Assembly: GCF_032062105.1 (NCBI RefSeq)
Contig: NW_026923278.1
Location: forward strand, 62,001-126,000
DNA: 64,000 bases
Source of the DNA: Saccostrea cucullata
Lineage: Eukaryota
Direction of reading: 5' to 3'
The position numbers were made by a program, and so were the translations under genes. This document shows, piece by piece, positions 1 to 13,600 of the stretch (position 1 is its first letter; each line of letters starts with the position of its first letter). The notes under the pieces were generated by a model. It was not told the origin of the DNA and searched no databases. It saw only the letters and a program-made list of their open reading frames with translations.

Positions 1-172
1 GTTTTAATTTCACGCTCCTAGAAATTTATTGTAATTGCGTATACGCATTTAAACGTTTACCAATTACCAATGATAGCATTCACGATGGGTTTAATTTCGC
101 GGAAAAATTACAAATCGCGAACATAGTGAAATTAAAACCATCGTGATTATTTGCCAATCTACAGTATATATA

Positions 173-589
173 CAGGACTCTCACACCACTTTTTGGGACT
201 GGGTCGGGGCCTCTCAAATTGGGAAAATTATCTCATCATTTTGGGAAAATTTGGATGACCTATATTCATTCAAAAAAATCCTCAAATTTTACTTTTCTAG
301 CATTTTGTCATAAATTTAACTCTTGTTTTTAATTAAAACAGTTAAACAAAACAAACATGGGTACATAGGTTATTTATGAAAGTACATTATTTAGCTTTGT
401 CATAACTATCTTTGAGTGTTGATATTGCTATTATTTGTCTTTCTGAGTGATAGTCATGAACTTTTATTTTTAATTATATTTTGTTATAAAATTGGGAAAT
501 TTATACCTTTCTTTTGGGAAAAAAGATACCTTTTTTCATTGGGAACGGGGCCGAATATCGGCCCCAGTTTGAGAGAATCGAGAGCCCTG
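173..589. mobile_element. MITE with short TIRs (CAGG(A/G)CTCTC...GAGAGCCCTG), hAT-like
   Basis: caggactctc at 173 and gagagccctg ending at 589. Non-coding interior with repeated ttgggaaa motifs. No clean TSD. Confidence 0.5.
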
Positions 590-684
590 ATATATTTGTA
601 ATCTATAAATACAGGTAGAATGGTCAATACATTAAACATGTATGTATACATTTACAATCAAAAGTCTTATTTTCGATCTGACAG

Positions 685-3600
685 AAAAAAGTTGTCAACA
701 AGCCAGTGATTAAGAAACCTGTCAAGTCTAAGTTTGCTGCCTTTAAAGCTAGCCTGAAAGCCTCTACCGCTCCTGCTCAAACCATTGAACATGACTGGGG
801 TCTCTTCAAAGTGACCAGTCCTATTAGGAAACCCACCTATCACTGTGAAGGTATGGACACATGTATATACAGCATCCTAGCATCTGCGTCAAGCCTATTT
901 CCTTCATTTATCTATATTTCATAAAAAAACTGATGAAAAGTACTTGTATTACTAGATTGTGTCATCTGCATTATTCCAATAAATCAGGGAAGTGGGGGGG
1001 GATTTTCAGCAAGACACAAATTTTATGAATTGTCCATAAAAACTGATTTTACTCAGAAGGATAGCTGTTAGGCAGTGAGCTCTCAGTTGATCAAATATTC
1101 AAAAAGGGACCACAAGAATTTCAAGAAAAGAGCCAAAATTGAATCCTGAAGAAAAATTTTATTCATACATAACTTATTTTTACAGCTGGTTCACCCAAGC
1201 CAAAGTCAGTTGAGTCACCCAAACCAAAGGAGGAGTTGCCCATGCCCCTTCAGCCAAAATCAGGAGAGGAAATTGAACCAATGGAGGACAGTACATCTCA
1301 GCCAGCAGTGGTTCAGGATAAGCCCCCTGCTATCCTGGTGGAGGATGTAGCTATGATTAGAACCCCCAAAAGACAGAGCTATGTCCCTGTTATACCCAGT
1401 CCTCTTCTGCAGGATTCTACCCCTCAGCCTCGCTTCACACGGAGCCTTCTGAAGGCCACTCCCTCCGGAAACCAAACAGAGGAAAAAACCGAGACACCAA
1501 GACCAAGAAGACAATCACTCAGGTTCTTGTCTTTAATAGTGTTTTATGCTGTTTTTAGAAAGGACTTGATAATTCAGTAAAGTAATTTTTTGAGTCAATT
1601 GACAATTATCCGTAAATTTTTAGGAGATCCATCAATATGAAGAGGAAATCAGTGTCCTTTGTTGAAGAGCCAGTGAAGCCTGAGTCTCCCGCTGATGAGA
1701 GCTTCTCTAAGTACCTACAGCCCTCTCAGCCCATCCCAGAGGAGACCGAGAGCCCGGTCAGTGTGATGGACAGTTACTTCAGTGTGGAGGAAGATGATCA
1801 TTCTCGTCTCAGCTCGGGTATAGAATGACACCAAGCAACATTCTCAAAACACAGTATTAAGATAAAAAAGTCTTGATATCAAGATTCTTTTAAAAGATTT
1901 TGAAAGAATATGGTACTTTTTATGCCCAAAATTATTGGGTCTGCCTTTGAATTACCTTCAGATATGATGTGTAGAATTTTATTTGAAATACTGTATACAG
2001 GGTTAAAATTTTTCAGGGGGCTTTTTAATGTTAAAATATTTTCGCCCTTTTGAACTTGTGAACAATTTTGCTTATTTTCCTTTCCTTTAAATTCGCCCAG
2101 TCATAGTTCTGTATTAAGAAATTATGAGGTGTTCTTTTAAAAGATTTTTAATATCTTTTAAAAGATTTTCAAGGAGAGGTACTTTTTATGCCCAAAATTA
2201 TTGGGTCTGCCTTTGAATTACCTTCAGATTTGATGTGTAGAATTTTATTTGTAAACTAATATCATTAAAATAATGTGAATGTAGCTCCATGCAAGTTTGT
2301 GCTCTATGAGTACTGTAGTCAAAACCGAAAATTTTGTGCATTATTGACCTCTTTTACAAAATACATGTATATTGGAAAATCCCAATAGCTTGTGGTGTCA
2401 CTGAGAGAAAAAATTGCCCTTTATTTGTTTTCAATCCATAAAATATGTCTATTATTAGCTCTACTGGTCAAAGACTAGAAGAGCTTATGTGATAGCAAGG
2501 TGTCTGTTGTCCATCCGCCTGTCTAGCTGTCTGTCCGTCCGTCTGTCTGTAAACAATTTTTCAAAATGCTACTCCTACAGTTTTGCTCTGATGTCAATAT
2601 AACTTGTTAACAAGTAGACTACACTAAGATACATAATTTAGTGCATTGGTTTTTGATTTCGATGAACAGTGTTGCCATGGTTACTAAAAATAGAAATTTC
2701 TGTGAAATTCCTTTAATACACTACTCCTCCTACAGTTTTGGTCTGATTTCAATATAACTTGGCACACAAGTAGACTACATTAAGAAACATATTTCTATTT
2801 ATTGCTGCCTTTTGCAAAGTTTCAAATCCAAGCGCTACTTTTCCTTTGTTATTTGTACAGACCAGTAGACCTACAGTCTCATCAGAGACTTCTGGTTACC
2901 TATTACATTTGACTATCATGAGGGCGGGAATATATCTTTACATTATATATTATTTTATGAATAATATAATCATTGATTGACTAGGGTGACAATAGATAAA
3001 TATGGCATGTAATTGAGACTACCACTGAAATTGTGACAACAAAATTGTGATCCAACATTTCTTGACATGTCAGAATCAAGGTTTTATTTGAAAATATCCT
3101 GACTTATTTTATCGTGTAGGTGGGAAAGCTCTGAAGACTACACTGAAACAGTCCAGGAGAAGATCTGCCAGGAGGAGTGTGTCATTTTGTAGTCCACTGC
3201 CAGAGAAAGACAAATCCTGTCTAAGACACCCTCCCACCCCTCACAGATCATTAGGTGTGTACCACCTCTCTACAGAGTGTACAAAGGACCGGATTCTTAC
3301 AACAGTGCTAGTAAACAGTGTTATTTATTTCTGACTTATGTTTTAATGTTTGTTGTAGTTGATGACCCAGATTCAGACTCAGACAGTCAGAGTGACACAG
3401 GCTCCAAGTTCTCCAGTCTTAATGTGGCCTTCACTCCAGTAACAAGGTCTACACGATCAGTGAGTGTCTCTTCATTTAACTACGACTTTGTAATTACTAC
3501 AACCTTTTGGGGTGTCTTACATGTTTGTATAAGAAAGTTCTTGTTTTAAAATGAAGGCAAAAGTAAATGCTATGTATGATGCAAGTAATGAATTATAGGA

Positions 3601-4150
3601 ACAAAAACCAGAAGGGATCAGTTTTGTTGTCTAAGATGAGGCTTAATGAGCTCCCAAATATGATTTAAAAAAAAAATGAATATTTCTATCCTAAATGGAT
3701 CTCATACAGAATGAATGCTTCTTTTCCTCCTTTAGATTTTTATAGCATTTGTTATGGAAAGATAAAATTTTTAGTCTTTAAATTATGATATAGATATTAT
3801 ACTGTAAAATATTATACTGTAAAAGATAAACTTTGGACCATGTACATTTTTATGTGTATTTTTTTTTTGTCTCTGCATGAATGCTGTATTATATGCTATG
3901 ATGTAGATAAATCAATGTAAATAAATATTTCTCACTTAATCTCACATGATAGGAAATTCTACATTGGTAATTCATGCAGCATTCGTCTTGTCCAACTGCT
4001 AGTAATGGGAGAATATCCTCTAAATGATTATTACTTTTTGTATTTCAGAGACCAAGCTTACTCTACACCCCACCAGATCTGCAGGAGACTCCATCTAAAG
4101 GAATGTCATCTGAAGTGGCTACAGGTACCCTGATCTCCTTCACACCCTAA
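685..4150 (+). CDS. DLGAP5: 3' part of probable disks large-associated protein 5 (HURP/DLGAP5); the gene starts upstream of the window
   Basis: Six GT-AG exons: 685-850, 1186-1522, 1624-1817, 3120-3254, 3359-3459 and 4049-4150. They give KSKFAAFKASLK..HDWGLFKVTSPIRKP (resembles the post-GKAP FDxGFFxVESP motif), an S/T-P-rich low-complexity tail, and C-terminal ..GTLISFTP* (resembles the HURP-type LIxFSP terminus). The GKAP domain itself lies outside the window. Confidence 0.65.
1885..2252 (+). repeat. ~100-bp direct duplication flanking a truncated MITE fragment
   Basis: ggtactttttatgcccaaaattattgggtctgcctttgaattaccttcagat..gtgtagaattttatttg occurs at ~1912-1985 and ~2178-2251. The intervening tactgtatacagg..ttcgccc fragment matches the reverse complement of 6270-6367. 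Confidence 0.75.
2452..2905 (+). mobile_element. Non-autonomous Helentron/HINE-like element fragment
   Basis: ttattagctc..gagctt start, (gtcc/gtct)n microsatellite, and an internal tandem repeat (ctactcctacagttttg at ~2570 and ~2725). Confidence 0.55.
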
Positions 4151-6264
4151 TGACATTGATGGACACAACGAATTGAATGGATGATGACATGTAGATGGCA
4201 GTAGTGCTGGCAGACATTTTCTGATTTTTTTTCTCCTCTACTTTCATTATCTTCATAACCTTTTTTATAGGACTGTGTGAATGATCAAGTATGATTTTTT
4301 TTTGTAATATGTGTGCATGATGAAAGGTGGATTCTGATGTAAGATGTGAGGGTACTATTGTATTTTTGATTTTTAGTTATTTAACCCCTTTTTATGTTAA
4401 AATATGTACAAGAAAACATTTTTATTTCATTGTTTGTATCTTTAAATCATTTGTTTATGTAATATAGGATATGAAGAATATTAAAAACCAATCACATGTA
4501 TGTAATTCAATGCAGATTTTTTTTTTAATTGTAAAATCCTTGGACATTTAATATTGGTTGTCTCCCCATTTTTTTTAGTCCACTGAGTTTGAGATAGAGA
4601 TGTTTGACTTTAATTTTTATCTAATTTAAATTTGGACTAAATCAAAATTACAAAAAAAAAATCAACTAAGTGTTATTTTTGGTTAATGGTGTTACCATAG
4701 TTACCAATTTTTGAACTATCCATTTGAGCTAAAATTCTACTCCCCCTTTTTGTCTGATTGAAAAGAAAATTTGTACAAAAATATGCTTCTTGGAAAGTTG
4801 TAATTCTGTTTTTTGATTTTTAATCAAGTAATTTTTTTTTATAAAAAAACATGTAATTGTAGAGTTGAACATACTTGAGAAAAAAAATCACATTCTTGAT
4901 ACAGAAGGAAATTATTAGTATATAGTTACCTTCTTGTCCCATTGTATTAAAGACTTCAAAATATTATACATGTATTAGATAATTGATTAAAAACAGCATT
5001 TTTGTGTAATTTCACTAAAATTGAAATGCAGGAAGCATACATTTGATTTTTTGAAGTTTTTTTTTAACATACCTGTATATAAAAGGTTATTTGGGGAGAG
5101 CAAATAACATGAATCGAATCTACAATTAAAAAACAAAGTAGATTTTTCCCATGAAAGTGCATAGTATGTTTGGTCTATAATTGTTTCTTTAATATTATCA
5201 GTATATTTTGTAATTGAAATCTGATTCCTTTGTTATATGTATACCTGATTATGTCATCTATAAAGTATGCTGTTGTATGTAAGAACCACTTATGACAGGC
5301 AATAAAAATAATTTTGACATCTGAATGTAACTTTTGTTGCTTTCAAGGTACGTGTAATAGTTTTCTGTTTATTAGCCACTTGATGTCTTAAGAAATAAAG
5401 CTGAACACGACTCGTAAATATGCCATTTTCAATAATACTATCTAAGATATCAGCACCGGTATATGTTCGCATTTGTTGCACCTGACCAGTTCAATGTCAT
5501 GGGTATCTGTGTGGAATGGCAACATGTGTTCATGCTAGTTATCTGACATTTCCCTTGTTTATAATTACATTTGAATGATTACCATTATTTGTATACTGCA
5601 CTGACCTATGCAAATGTTGCAAGTTTCTTTATTCTTACTATCCTGCATTAGAAGTACACAGTTATTTTTTTCTCACTACCAAATGCTGTGTAGCATACGT
5701 CAGTCCACACCGGTAACTACTGAAAATACTGTTCAAACAGTGACAAAGTGAGCAACTTTACATAGGGGAAATCAGATGTAGTGAGTGAACAATTAAATAT
5801 GGCAGACAAATTCCTTTCACGAATGGTTCAGCTGTAAAAACACACTGCTACAGCACTGAACCCTGTTTAATCCAACATGCACTGGGAGACGAATTTTGTG
5901 TGGAAGCAGACAGTGTGCCGTTTTAAATACTGAAAAAAAACCCATGGTAAATAGTAACATGGGAAAGAAATTTAATGTTGGAATAATTAACATTGTGTCA
6001 GGTTGCACAGGTGTTAGAATTGACAGTTTTCACTGTACCACTACTTTTATGAATAATGGCATCACACAAGCACTTGACATCTAATATATATTTTTTTTTA
6101 ATGAAAGAAAATGAACCCTCTACCTTTGTTGATTATACAGGTTGGAGATATTTAAAAATAATATTAATAAAATAATGTTGGTTGCTTGTGTGTCATCTTT
6201 TTCAAACGCTTTTGATTTAGCATACATGTATATGGTTATCTTGATATTGCATATTTCTTGGAGA

Positions 6265-6367
6265 CAGGGAAATTTTCGCCCCGTTTTACTTTCAAAACGG
6301 GGCAAAATTGTTTGCAAGTGTGAAAGGGCGAAAATAATACGGGGCGAAAATAACACTGTAAACAGTA
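6265..6367. mobile_element. Terminal fragment of a TA-flanked DNA-transposon MITE (..ggggcgaaaataacactgtaaacagTA)
   Basis: Repeated gggcgaaaat motifs. Inverted similarity to ~1989-2100. Confidence 0.5.
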
Positions 6368-7119
6368 TTCTGTCAAACGTTTTCAGTTTAAAAACACTGT
6401 AGGCCTAGACTTGATTACTTCAGTTGTTATATATAATTCATAATGTTAAAAGCTTCTGTTATAACTGAAAGACATCACAGATCACTTCTAACTTTAAATC
6501 ATGCTAATAAGCTCCTTTATTTATCTAAAACAAGAAAAGGAATTTTGTTTTTTTATTTTTTGTACTTGTACGGGTAACAAACATTACCTTAAAAAAAGTA
6601 TTTAATTCTCAGTTATCCTGTAGAGGGCTTCTTCAATATTATCCTCTTTCTATTGTCCTTACTGGTATTTACTAAACACCAATAGGTAATTTTGTCTCCT
6701 ACCTGTCTCGTTTGCTATATTTACATTAGGATTTCAGAGACTTCAAAGAATCCTAGATCATAATAAGATGCACATCATGAAGATTTTGCACGAAAAAGCC
6801 TCAAACTCTATTTTGAGACCTAGTTAGTAGAGCAATAATATAAGGAATTATCCTATTTGATCTTGATTTTTATGTGATTGCGTTAAGGTTAATTGACCCT
6901 TTCATAGGAAAGACAACTCTCAATGTGATTAATGGCTGTAATTCTATTTGAAATTGTCAATACTTTAATAGCTAAGGGGGGTTCATATATCGACCTCTCT
7001 GTAGATCTATCGGAAGAATGATTTAAATCTTGATCCCAAATTATACGCGTTCAAATCAGTGTCTTTGAACTTTTCGATTTAACTTTTACATAAAAAATTT
7101 AAGTAGGTAAAATGCGCAC

Positions 7120-7822
7120 GCAGAGATAAATAAAAGAGATCTACCTTAACACCAGAACCCCTGACCTTGGGACCATGAAATTCATAATTTTTGAAGAGGT
7201 ACTTTAATATGCTCATCATAACTATGTACTTAGTTTGTTTATTACCCAGTAGTAGAGAAGATTTTCAAAGAAATAATGCACTTTCACCTTTGATCGATAG
7301 AGCCCCGCCCTAACAACAGAACCCCTGACCCTGGGGCCATGAATTTCAAAATTTTTGATCAAAGAGGCACTCTTGTTTATCATAACTATGTACTTAGTTG
7401 GTTTGTTTATTACTCAGGAGTATATAGAAGAAGATTTCCAAAGAAATAATGCACTTTCACTATATGATCTATATATCCCCGCCCTAACACCAGAACCCTT
7501 GATCCTGGGGCCATGGATTTCACAATTTTGGTAGAGGGCTCAATGCACCAACAGTTCGACTACTTGATGTCCAGGAGTAAAGATTTTTAAAGATTGTTTT
7601 AGTTTTAGTGGTTTTAGCCCCATCCCTCAGGCCCCAGGGGGGCAGGGACCATGAAATTCAACATTTTTGTTCCCCTTTACCCATAGATGCTATATACCAA
7701 AATTGGTTGAAATTGGTTAAGCGGTTTCAGAGAAGGATTTTGAAAATGTTTAAATGTTAACGAACGACGACGGGCAAAAACGGATAGCAATAGGTCACCT
7801 GAGTGACACGGGTGACCTAAAA
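7120..7822 (-). mobile_element. Helentron/HINE-type element with an internal ~165-175-bp satellite array
   Basis: The monomer aacaccagaacccctgacc..ggccatgaa recurs at ~7148, ~7312 and ~7485, with a partial copy near 7625. Terminal taggtcacctgagtgacacgggtgaccta inverted repeat and (acg)n tract. Confidence 0.75.
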
Positions 7823-7917
7823 ATGAAAAAAAGTTAACAAACGCACGCCTGACAAAATGTGATCAATAAAGCTCACATGAGCTTTTAGCTCAGGTAAATA
7901 AAAAAAAAATTAAAGAA

Positions 7918-8288
7918 GAACAAGATGTGTCTTTGAAACACTGATGTCCCTGTATGGCAGCTTATGGCTATGGTCGAAGTTTCTCAAATGCTAGTCAAAT
8001 GCCAAAGGTCAAATTCTTGGTATCAAACGGAAGGTCTTGTCGCAAGGAATACACCTTTGAAATATGAAAGCCATAGTGCTGTTCAAAAGTTATGGCCAAA
8101 GTTAAAGTTTTTAAAAAGTGGATCAAACTCTTAGGTCAAGGCCAAAAGGAAAAACAATATTTATACCCATTAAGGTTGAAAAGTTTTGGGCAAGGTTAAA
8201 GTTTTTGCGGAAAAACAGAAATACAGACAGACGGATGGAGAGGTCAAAATATATACCCCGAATTTTCAATTACGGGGGTATAAAAAAG
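7918..8288 (+). mobile_element. Non-autonomous Helitron/Helentron-like element
   Basis: aacaagatgtgt.. start, aaaagttatggccaaagttaaagtttt repeats, (acag/acgg)n, and terminal hairpin ataccccg..cgggggtat followed by an A-run. Confidence 0.6.
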
Positions 8289-8949
8289 ATCTGTAAATCT
8301 GAGATAAATGAGTAAAAATTAGATGCCTCTAATATTAACCATTAAAAAGGACCTCAAACATATTTAACATGCTCCCTTTGTTCGTTACTGGTTCAACGGA
8401 CGATGACCCTCTACAGCACTAGACTAATTCATTCCATAACGTTTCAGTGACATCCGTCAGAAGAATTTAATTTCAAATCAAAACTCAGCCATTTGTTACG
8501 AGGTAAAATCAACTTTATTAATCAGACAACAGGCTGATTCAGAAATATAAGCTCATTTATTACATTTAAAAATAACAAATCCGTAATACCCTGTACTCGC
8601 TTGAACAAAGTAAATCGACTTTTAAAAGAATCATTGTAATCCAATTTAAAACATTTCTAAAGATCGTTTAAGGCGGTATTTCATTGTCTATGGACTCTTT
8701 TGTGGTTTAAGATAACTTTCTCACGCTGTTACACAAACACAGTCGATCCATTTTACCAATTAAACACTACGTATGTATACTTTGTTAATTTATCGAAATG
8801 CCATGGTCTTCCTCTTTTTCCAAGTATGCAACTACACCTATTTGTCTATTTTCTGAGTTTGTAGCATGGAAAACGGGTCGATTTCTCCGAATTTCGTTGT
8901 AGACTCAACTTTCTTTAATTCCAATTTTTTACGAAGAACAAAATATTTT

Positions 8950-9342
8950 TTAGATTCCTTGCTCCCTGAGGTAGTCGCCTACTTTACATATCATGTTATA
9001 GCACCCTCCAGGATGTACACCATCTTCATACACACCAATCACTAAAGCGTTTCTACATCGATACACGATACACCCCGACCCTGTGGCGCCCTCACGCCCC
9101 ACCATCACCACACTGTCCATCCGCGTACACGTGTACGGCTTACCACACAGAAATATCCCATCTAGTCGGAGACTGGATGGTTCCACAAATCCACGCGCGA
9201 TAGCTTGGATCTCCGCAGAAGATAGTTCTAAAGTGGGCGATGTTGCCCATCGACGCCCATCAGCGCCCACAACAGCAGCCCGAGATACGTATCCACTCTC
9301 AATCAAGACATTGGTGATATACTCCGACCAAGCGGGGGGCAT
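8950..9342 (-). CDS. Profilin (single-exon CDS, 130 aa)
   Basis: ATG at 9342. MPPAWSEYITNVL..AAVVGADG..WA..GIFLCGKPY..GCIVYRC..LVIGVY..VGDYLREQGI carries the WxxY N-helix, AAIxGxDG and DYL C-helix profilin motifs. aataaa signals lie downstream at ~8515 and ~8557 (minus strand). Confidence 0.92.
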   Translation of the reverse strand: MPPAWSEYITNVLIESGYVSRAAVVGADGRRWATSPTLELSSAEIQAIARGFVEPSSLRLDGIFLCGKPYTCTRMDSVVMVGREGATGSGCIVYRCRNALVIGVYEDGVHPGGCYNMICKVGDYLREQGI

Positions 9343-10632
9343 CACGATGTTCACTTTATCCCGAGTTTGAGAACATACTTTGAATTCTGAAATGATCGAG
9401 TTAAATGGCTGTTAGTTAATGAATGCATTCACTCCGAAAGTAAAAGCTGTTTAAAACGCCTCAACGGGAAAATGCATTCTATTGGACGCAGCGCTGAATG
9501 ATTTTACTTACCTGTTCAATAAAGGATCGATGGGACTATTTTCCACACGTAATTCAGTGTACCAAAAACTATACTTTATCAATTGTTCAATTCATTTAAG
9601 TGACAAATCGAATGTATATTCAGATACGTCTCGATTAACTGAATTAAATCAAAGCTTTATAATATGGTAACAAGATATCATCGCTGAATTTTAAAACAAC
9701 TTAAATCCCAAATTGTGGATCTAAAGCAAACACGACCCGAACCATGTACATTTATCTTGTTATTGGGTTCGATTTAAATCAGAACTTGAACAATGTGACC
9801 CAATAAAATCAATACTTGAATTGATAGAAGTTGTACCTGACCAAGTCTTGACAAAATCATCATTTTTATATACTCAGTATTTACCATAATTCTCGTACGA
9901 TTTATCAGCAATACACACTAGATTGGTTGGTGTTTATAAAGAGAACTTTGATTCTTTGTGGCTTATCTCGCAAAACCTCTGCATGCCATCATGGGATTGG
10001 GGGTTAAGAATAAACTCACTAAAGCTACTTACCGGCATCAAAGGTACTTGTGGACAGGACACCCCTCCCCGATATTCAACCCCGGGGCTTTTTGGACATT
10101 TTTTTTCACAAATTATATTTATTACACATATTCATCATGTGTACAATATGAAAAAAATCGTCAAAATCCCCAAATAATCGCTCCACTCCAAGGGCAAGGT
10201 CAGAAAGAAAGTCAAAACAAGCAAACTCAAAAAATTATGGTTCCCTGCTTTCGGTATCTTTAGAAGTAGTTGATGGGATGCTAATAATCGCAAATATGAC
10301 ATATTGTGTCAAATATGGATGCCCTATCATATGTCATCCTAAAATAATCTCCAAAGTTAAATCATTTGAAAATTAGGTCAAACATGAAGGTCAACGGTAA
10401 AAAAAATCAAGCATGCTCGAAAACATCTTATTACATAACATAACAAGTAATGTACATGTTGAATATGAAAGCCCCATCTCTTCTCAATCAAAAGTTGTAA
10501 GGGAAAAATAATATTTTTGAAAAGTACGTAAAACTTCAAGGTCAAGGGACCAAAAATCAGTAAGTATTTGGAAAACTCTCTTCACAGGTAATATACATAT
10601 ACAAGTATAATATGAGAGTCCTATCTTTATGG

Positions 10633-13600
10633 GAAATCCAGTCAAACCGTTCCCAATGAAAACCGCCCCGGTCAAAGCGTTCCCAGATTTTGGTCAAAGC
10701 GTACCATGATTTTGGTCAAAATGTCCCCAGATTTTGGTCAAAGCGCCCCCTGACATATTTTATAGAAATATGATACTACAAAAACCGCCCCCTGATTTTG
10801 GTCAAAGCGTCCCCTGATTTTGGTCAAACCGCCCCCTGATTTTGGTCAAAGCGCCCCCTAACATATTTTAATAGGAAAACGTAGTTTCTAAACCGCCCCC
10901 TGATTTTGGTCAATGCGCCCCTTGATTTTGGTCAAAGCGCCCCCTGACATATTTTGATAGGAAAACGTATGTATAGTTTCTAAACCACCCCCTGTTTTTG
11001 GTCAAAGCGCCCCCTGACATATTTTGATAGAAAAACATAGCTTCTAAACCGCCCCCTGATTTTGGTCAAAGAGCCCCCTGACATATTTTGACATATTTTT
11101 ATAGGAAAACGTAGTTTCTAAACCGCCCCCTGTTTTTGGTCAAAGCGCCCCCAGTCAAAATTTGTGTGAAAAAAAAATGATGTTATTAAATTGGAAAGGG
11201 GGGGGGGGTTCATGCAGTACTTCCGAAGTATTTCAAGGTCAATTAAATATACGTACATTTGCTACTTTAAACTTAAATGTTGTCCTCTAGGTGTCAATAA
11301 TATCTGAGAACTTTTATGCAGTCTAAAATACGCCTGCCAGGGGAAAATACGCCTGCCGAGAAAATCTATATGCCTGCCTTGTTATTTATTGACTAAAGTT
11401 AATTTTATTACATATATTAATTTAATGGACTATTTACTTAATGTATTACCAAACAAAAATAATTTAAAAAGCACATGTCCGATGCTTTATTCGTTTTATA
11501 ATTTGCTTCCGTCTTAGAGCACGCCTGCCGAGAAAATCTACACGCCCGCGGTGTTGTTTCTTTTATTATGTACTATTTTAAAAAAACAATATATGACTTT
11601 AATAAATTATTTGGTTGTCATTTAATTAATTATAAACAAATCAAAAAAAGAAAAAAATTTTGATAATTATTTATAAAAATCTACACACGAGATTTGCAGT
11701 AATATTAAAGGAGATATCTCCTACTTTACAATATTTTATATTCCTTATATTTTCTGTTCGTCTAAGAAGACGTAAATACTTACTTTTATAAACATTGAAG
11801 CTGATGTATGTAAAACAAATTAATTAAAAAAGAAATGTTTTATGAATTTTAAAACTAGATATGTCCAAGACCCAAATCTTAGACAAGAAAGAAATAACCA
11901 CGGAAACCATGATTCAGATTGTGCAACCATTATAACAATTTCTACAATACTAACCATTTTAACAATTTCTACAATATTTATCTGAGGAGGAAGAACTGAA
12001 AAAAAATTATTTGCAGCTCTGGAGCGTAAATAGTTTGTGTGGTATGTTGTATACATGTAAATTGACGATCTTTTCAATAGTTTGATAAACATGCATTTGT
12101 ATTAAATTCGGAATTTCCTTCATCCATATTTTCTTAAAATTCATTTATTTAATCAGATATGTAAATATTTACTAATTCTGATTTTGTGGTTCTGGTTCAT
12201 GATATCCCACCTTGGAGTGTGTATAGCGCACGTGCCAATCTTCTCCCTTGTCATGTACCTAATTATGTAATACCACATAATATTACGCACAGGTAGGGTA
12301 TACAGGAAGTCCGTGTATACACAGTAAACATGAATTCAGACATTCATATCATTGTAAACAAATTTTAACAATAATGAATTTTGATAGAACAATAATATAC
12401 CGTATATAGCGAGAATATTTGGAACTTTCGATGGATTATTTTCTCTCTAATTGAAATAAATGAATAAAATAGATTACTTTCATCACTTTTCTTAAATCAC
12501 CGAGTTCTTGCCTAGACTAAGATATTGTGAAACTTTGAAATGTTAATTAAGATAAAAAAAAAAACTAATGTGTTTTATATGTTGAAAATTAGTAACTTTT
12601 TAAAAGTTTTGTTTATTTCCATGACAGCCCAGATCGCTTATACATGTTGCATACATGGTATAAACACATCATGCTTTCAGTAAGTTTTACTCTACAGACT
12701 ATTCTTTGACGTTATATCTGAAAAAATGATAAAATAAAACCCCATACCGAATTATTAGGTATGGGTTCCAAGTTTGTTTGTTTTTGTTTTGTTTTTTTTT
12801 TCGAGATGTGTGGAACATCAAGTGCCTGCATGTGCTATTTGTTTTTTCTTTAGAATTTGATTTACCTTATGAACCTTTTCTTTAAATGAATGAAAAGGAA
12901 TGATTTTGAACATACAGGTTTAAACGATATTTTGTACACATGTCATTTACATGCTGATTTTCTTACTCATTTCGTTTATTTCCTTCTCTGCTTGATGTAT
13001 ACATGGATGTGTAGGAATAATTTTAATTATACAATTTCTCTTACCTGTAAAATTTTGTATTTATTTTTATAACTTTGTTGCATATAATAAGTTAATATAA
13101 CATGAAAATCAGAAATAATAATTATTTCATTGATGTTTAAAAAGTTTAACATTAAATATTTCAGATTCTGATTCAAAACAACCGTAAATCGCAAAGTTTT
13201 TACTGCATATGTGCTCCTGAGTCATTGTAAATTCTATAAATAAATATGAAACCAATAATATTTTTCTTAGAAAAAGAAAGAAAGAAAAAACATGATGTCC
13301 ATGGTCTTCACACAGCAGTTCCTGAGTAAGATTTATCTCCTTTAATACTATATACTCTTGTATCAAACACTAAATGAATAAAATATATATTTATTTTTTT
13401 TTTGATTAATTTTTTGTCAAATATTAACCAAATACTTTTGCAAAGTAACATTTCAAATATTGTAATGAGAAATTAGAGAAACAACGCCGCAGGCGTTAGA
13501 TTTTTCGTCAGGCATGCTCCACGCCGTATGCAAACTTTAAAACGATTAAAAACCCAATTCTGTGCTTTTAATATTATTGTTGTTTCCTAAAAAATTAACT

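Noticed and set aside
11750-13400. Transposase remnant inside the 9-bp-TSD element
   Set aside because: Only short AT-rich ORFs are present; I could not identify a DDE or zinc-finger motif.
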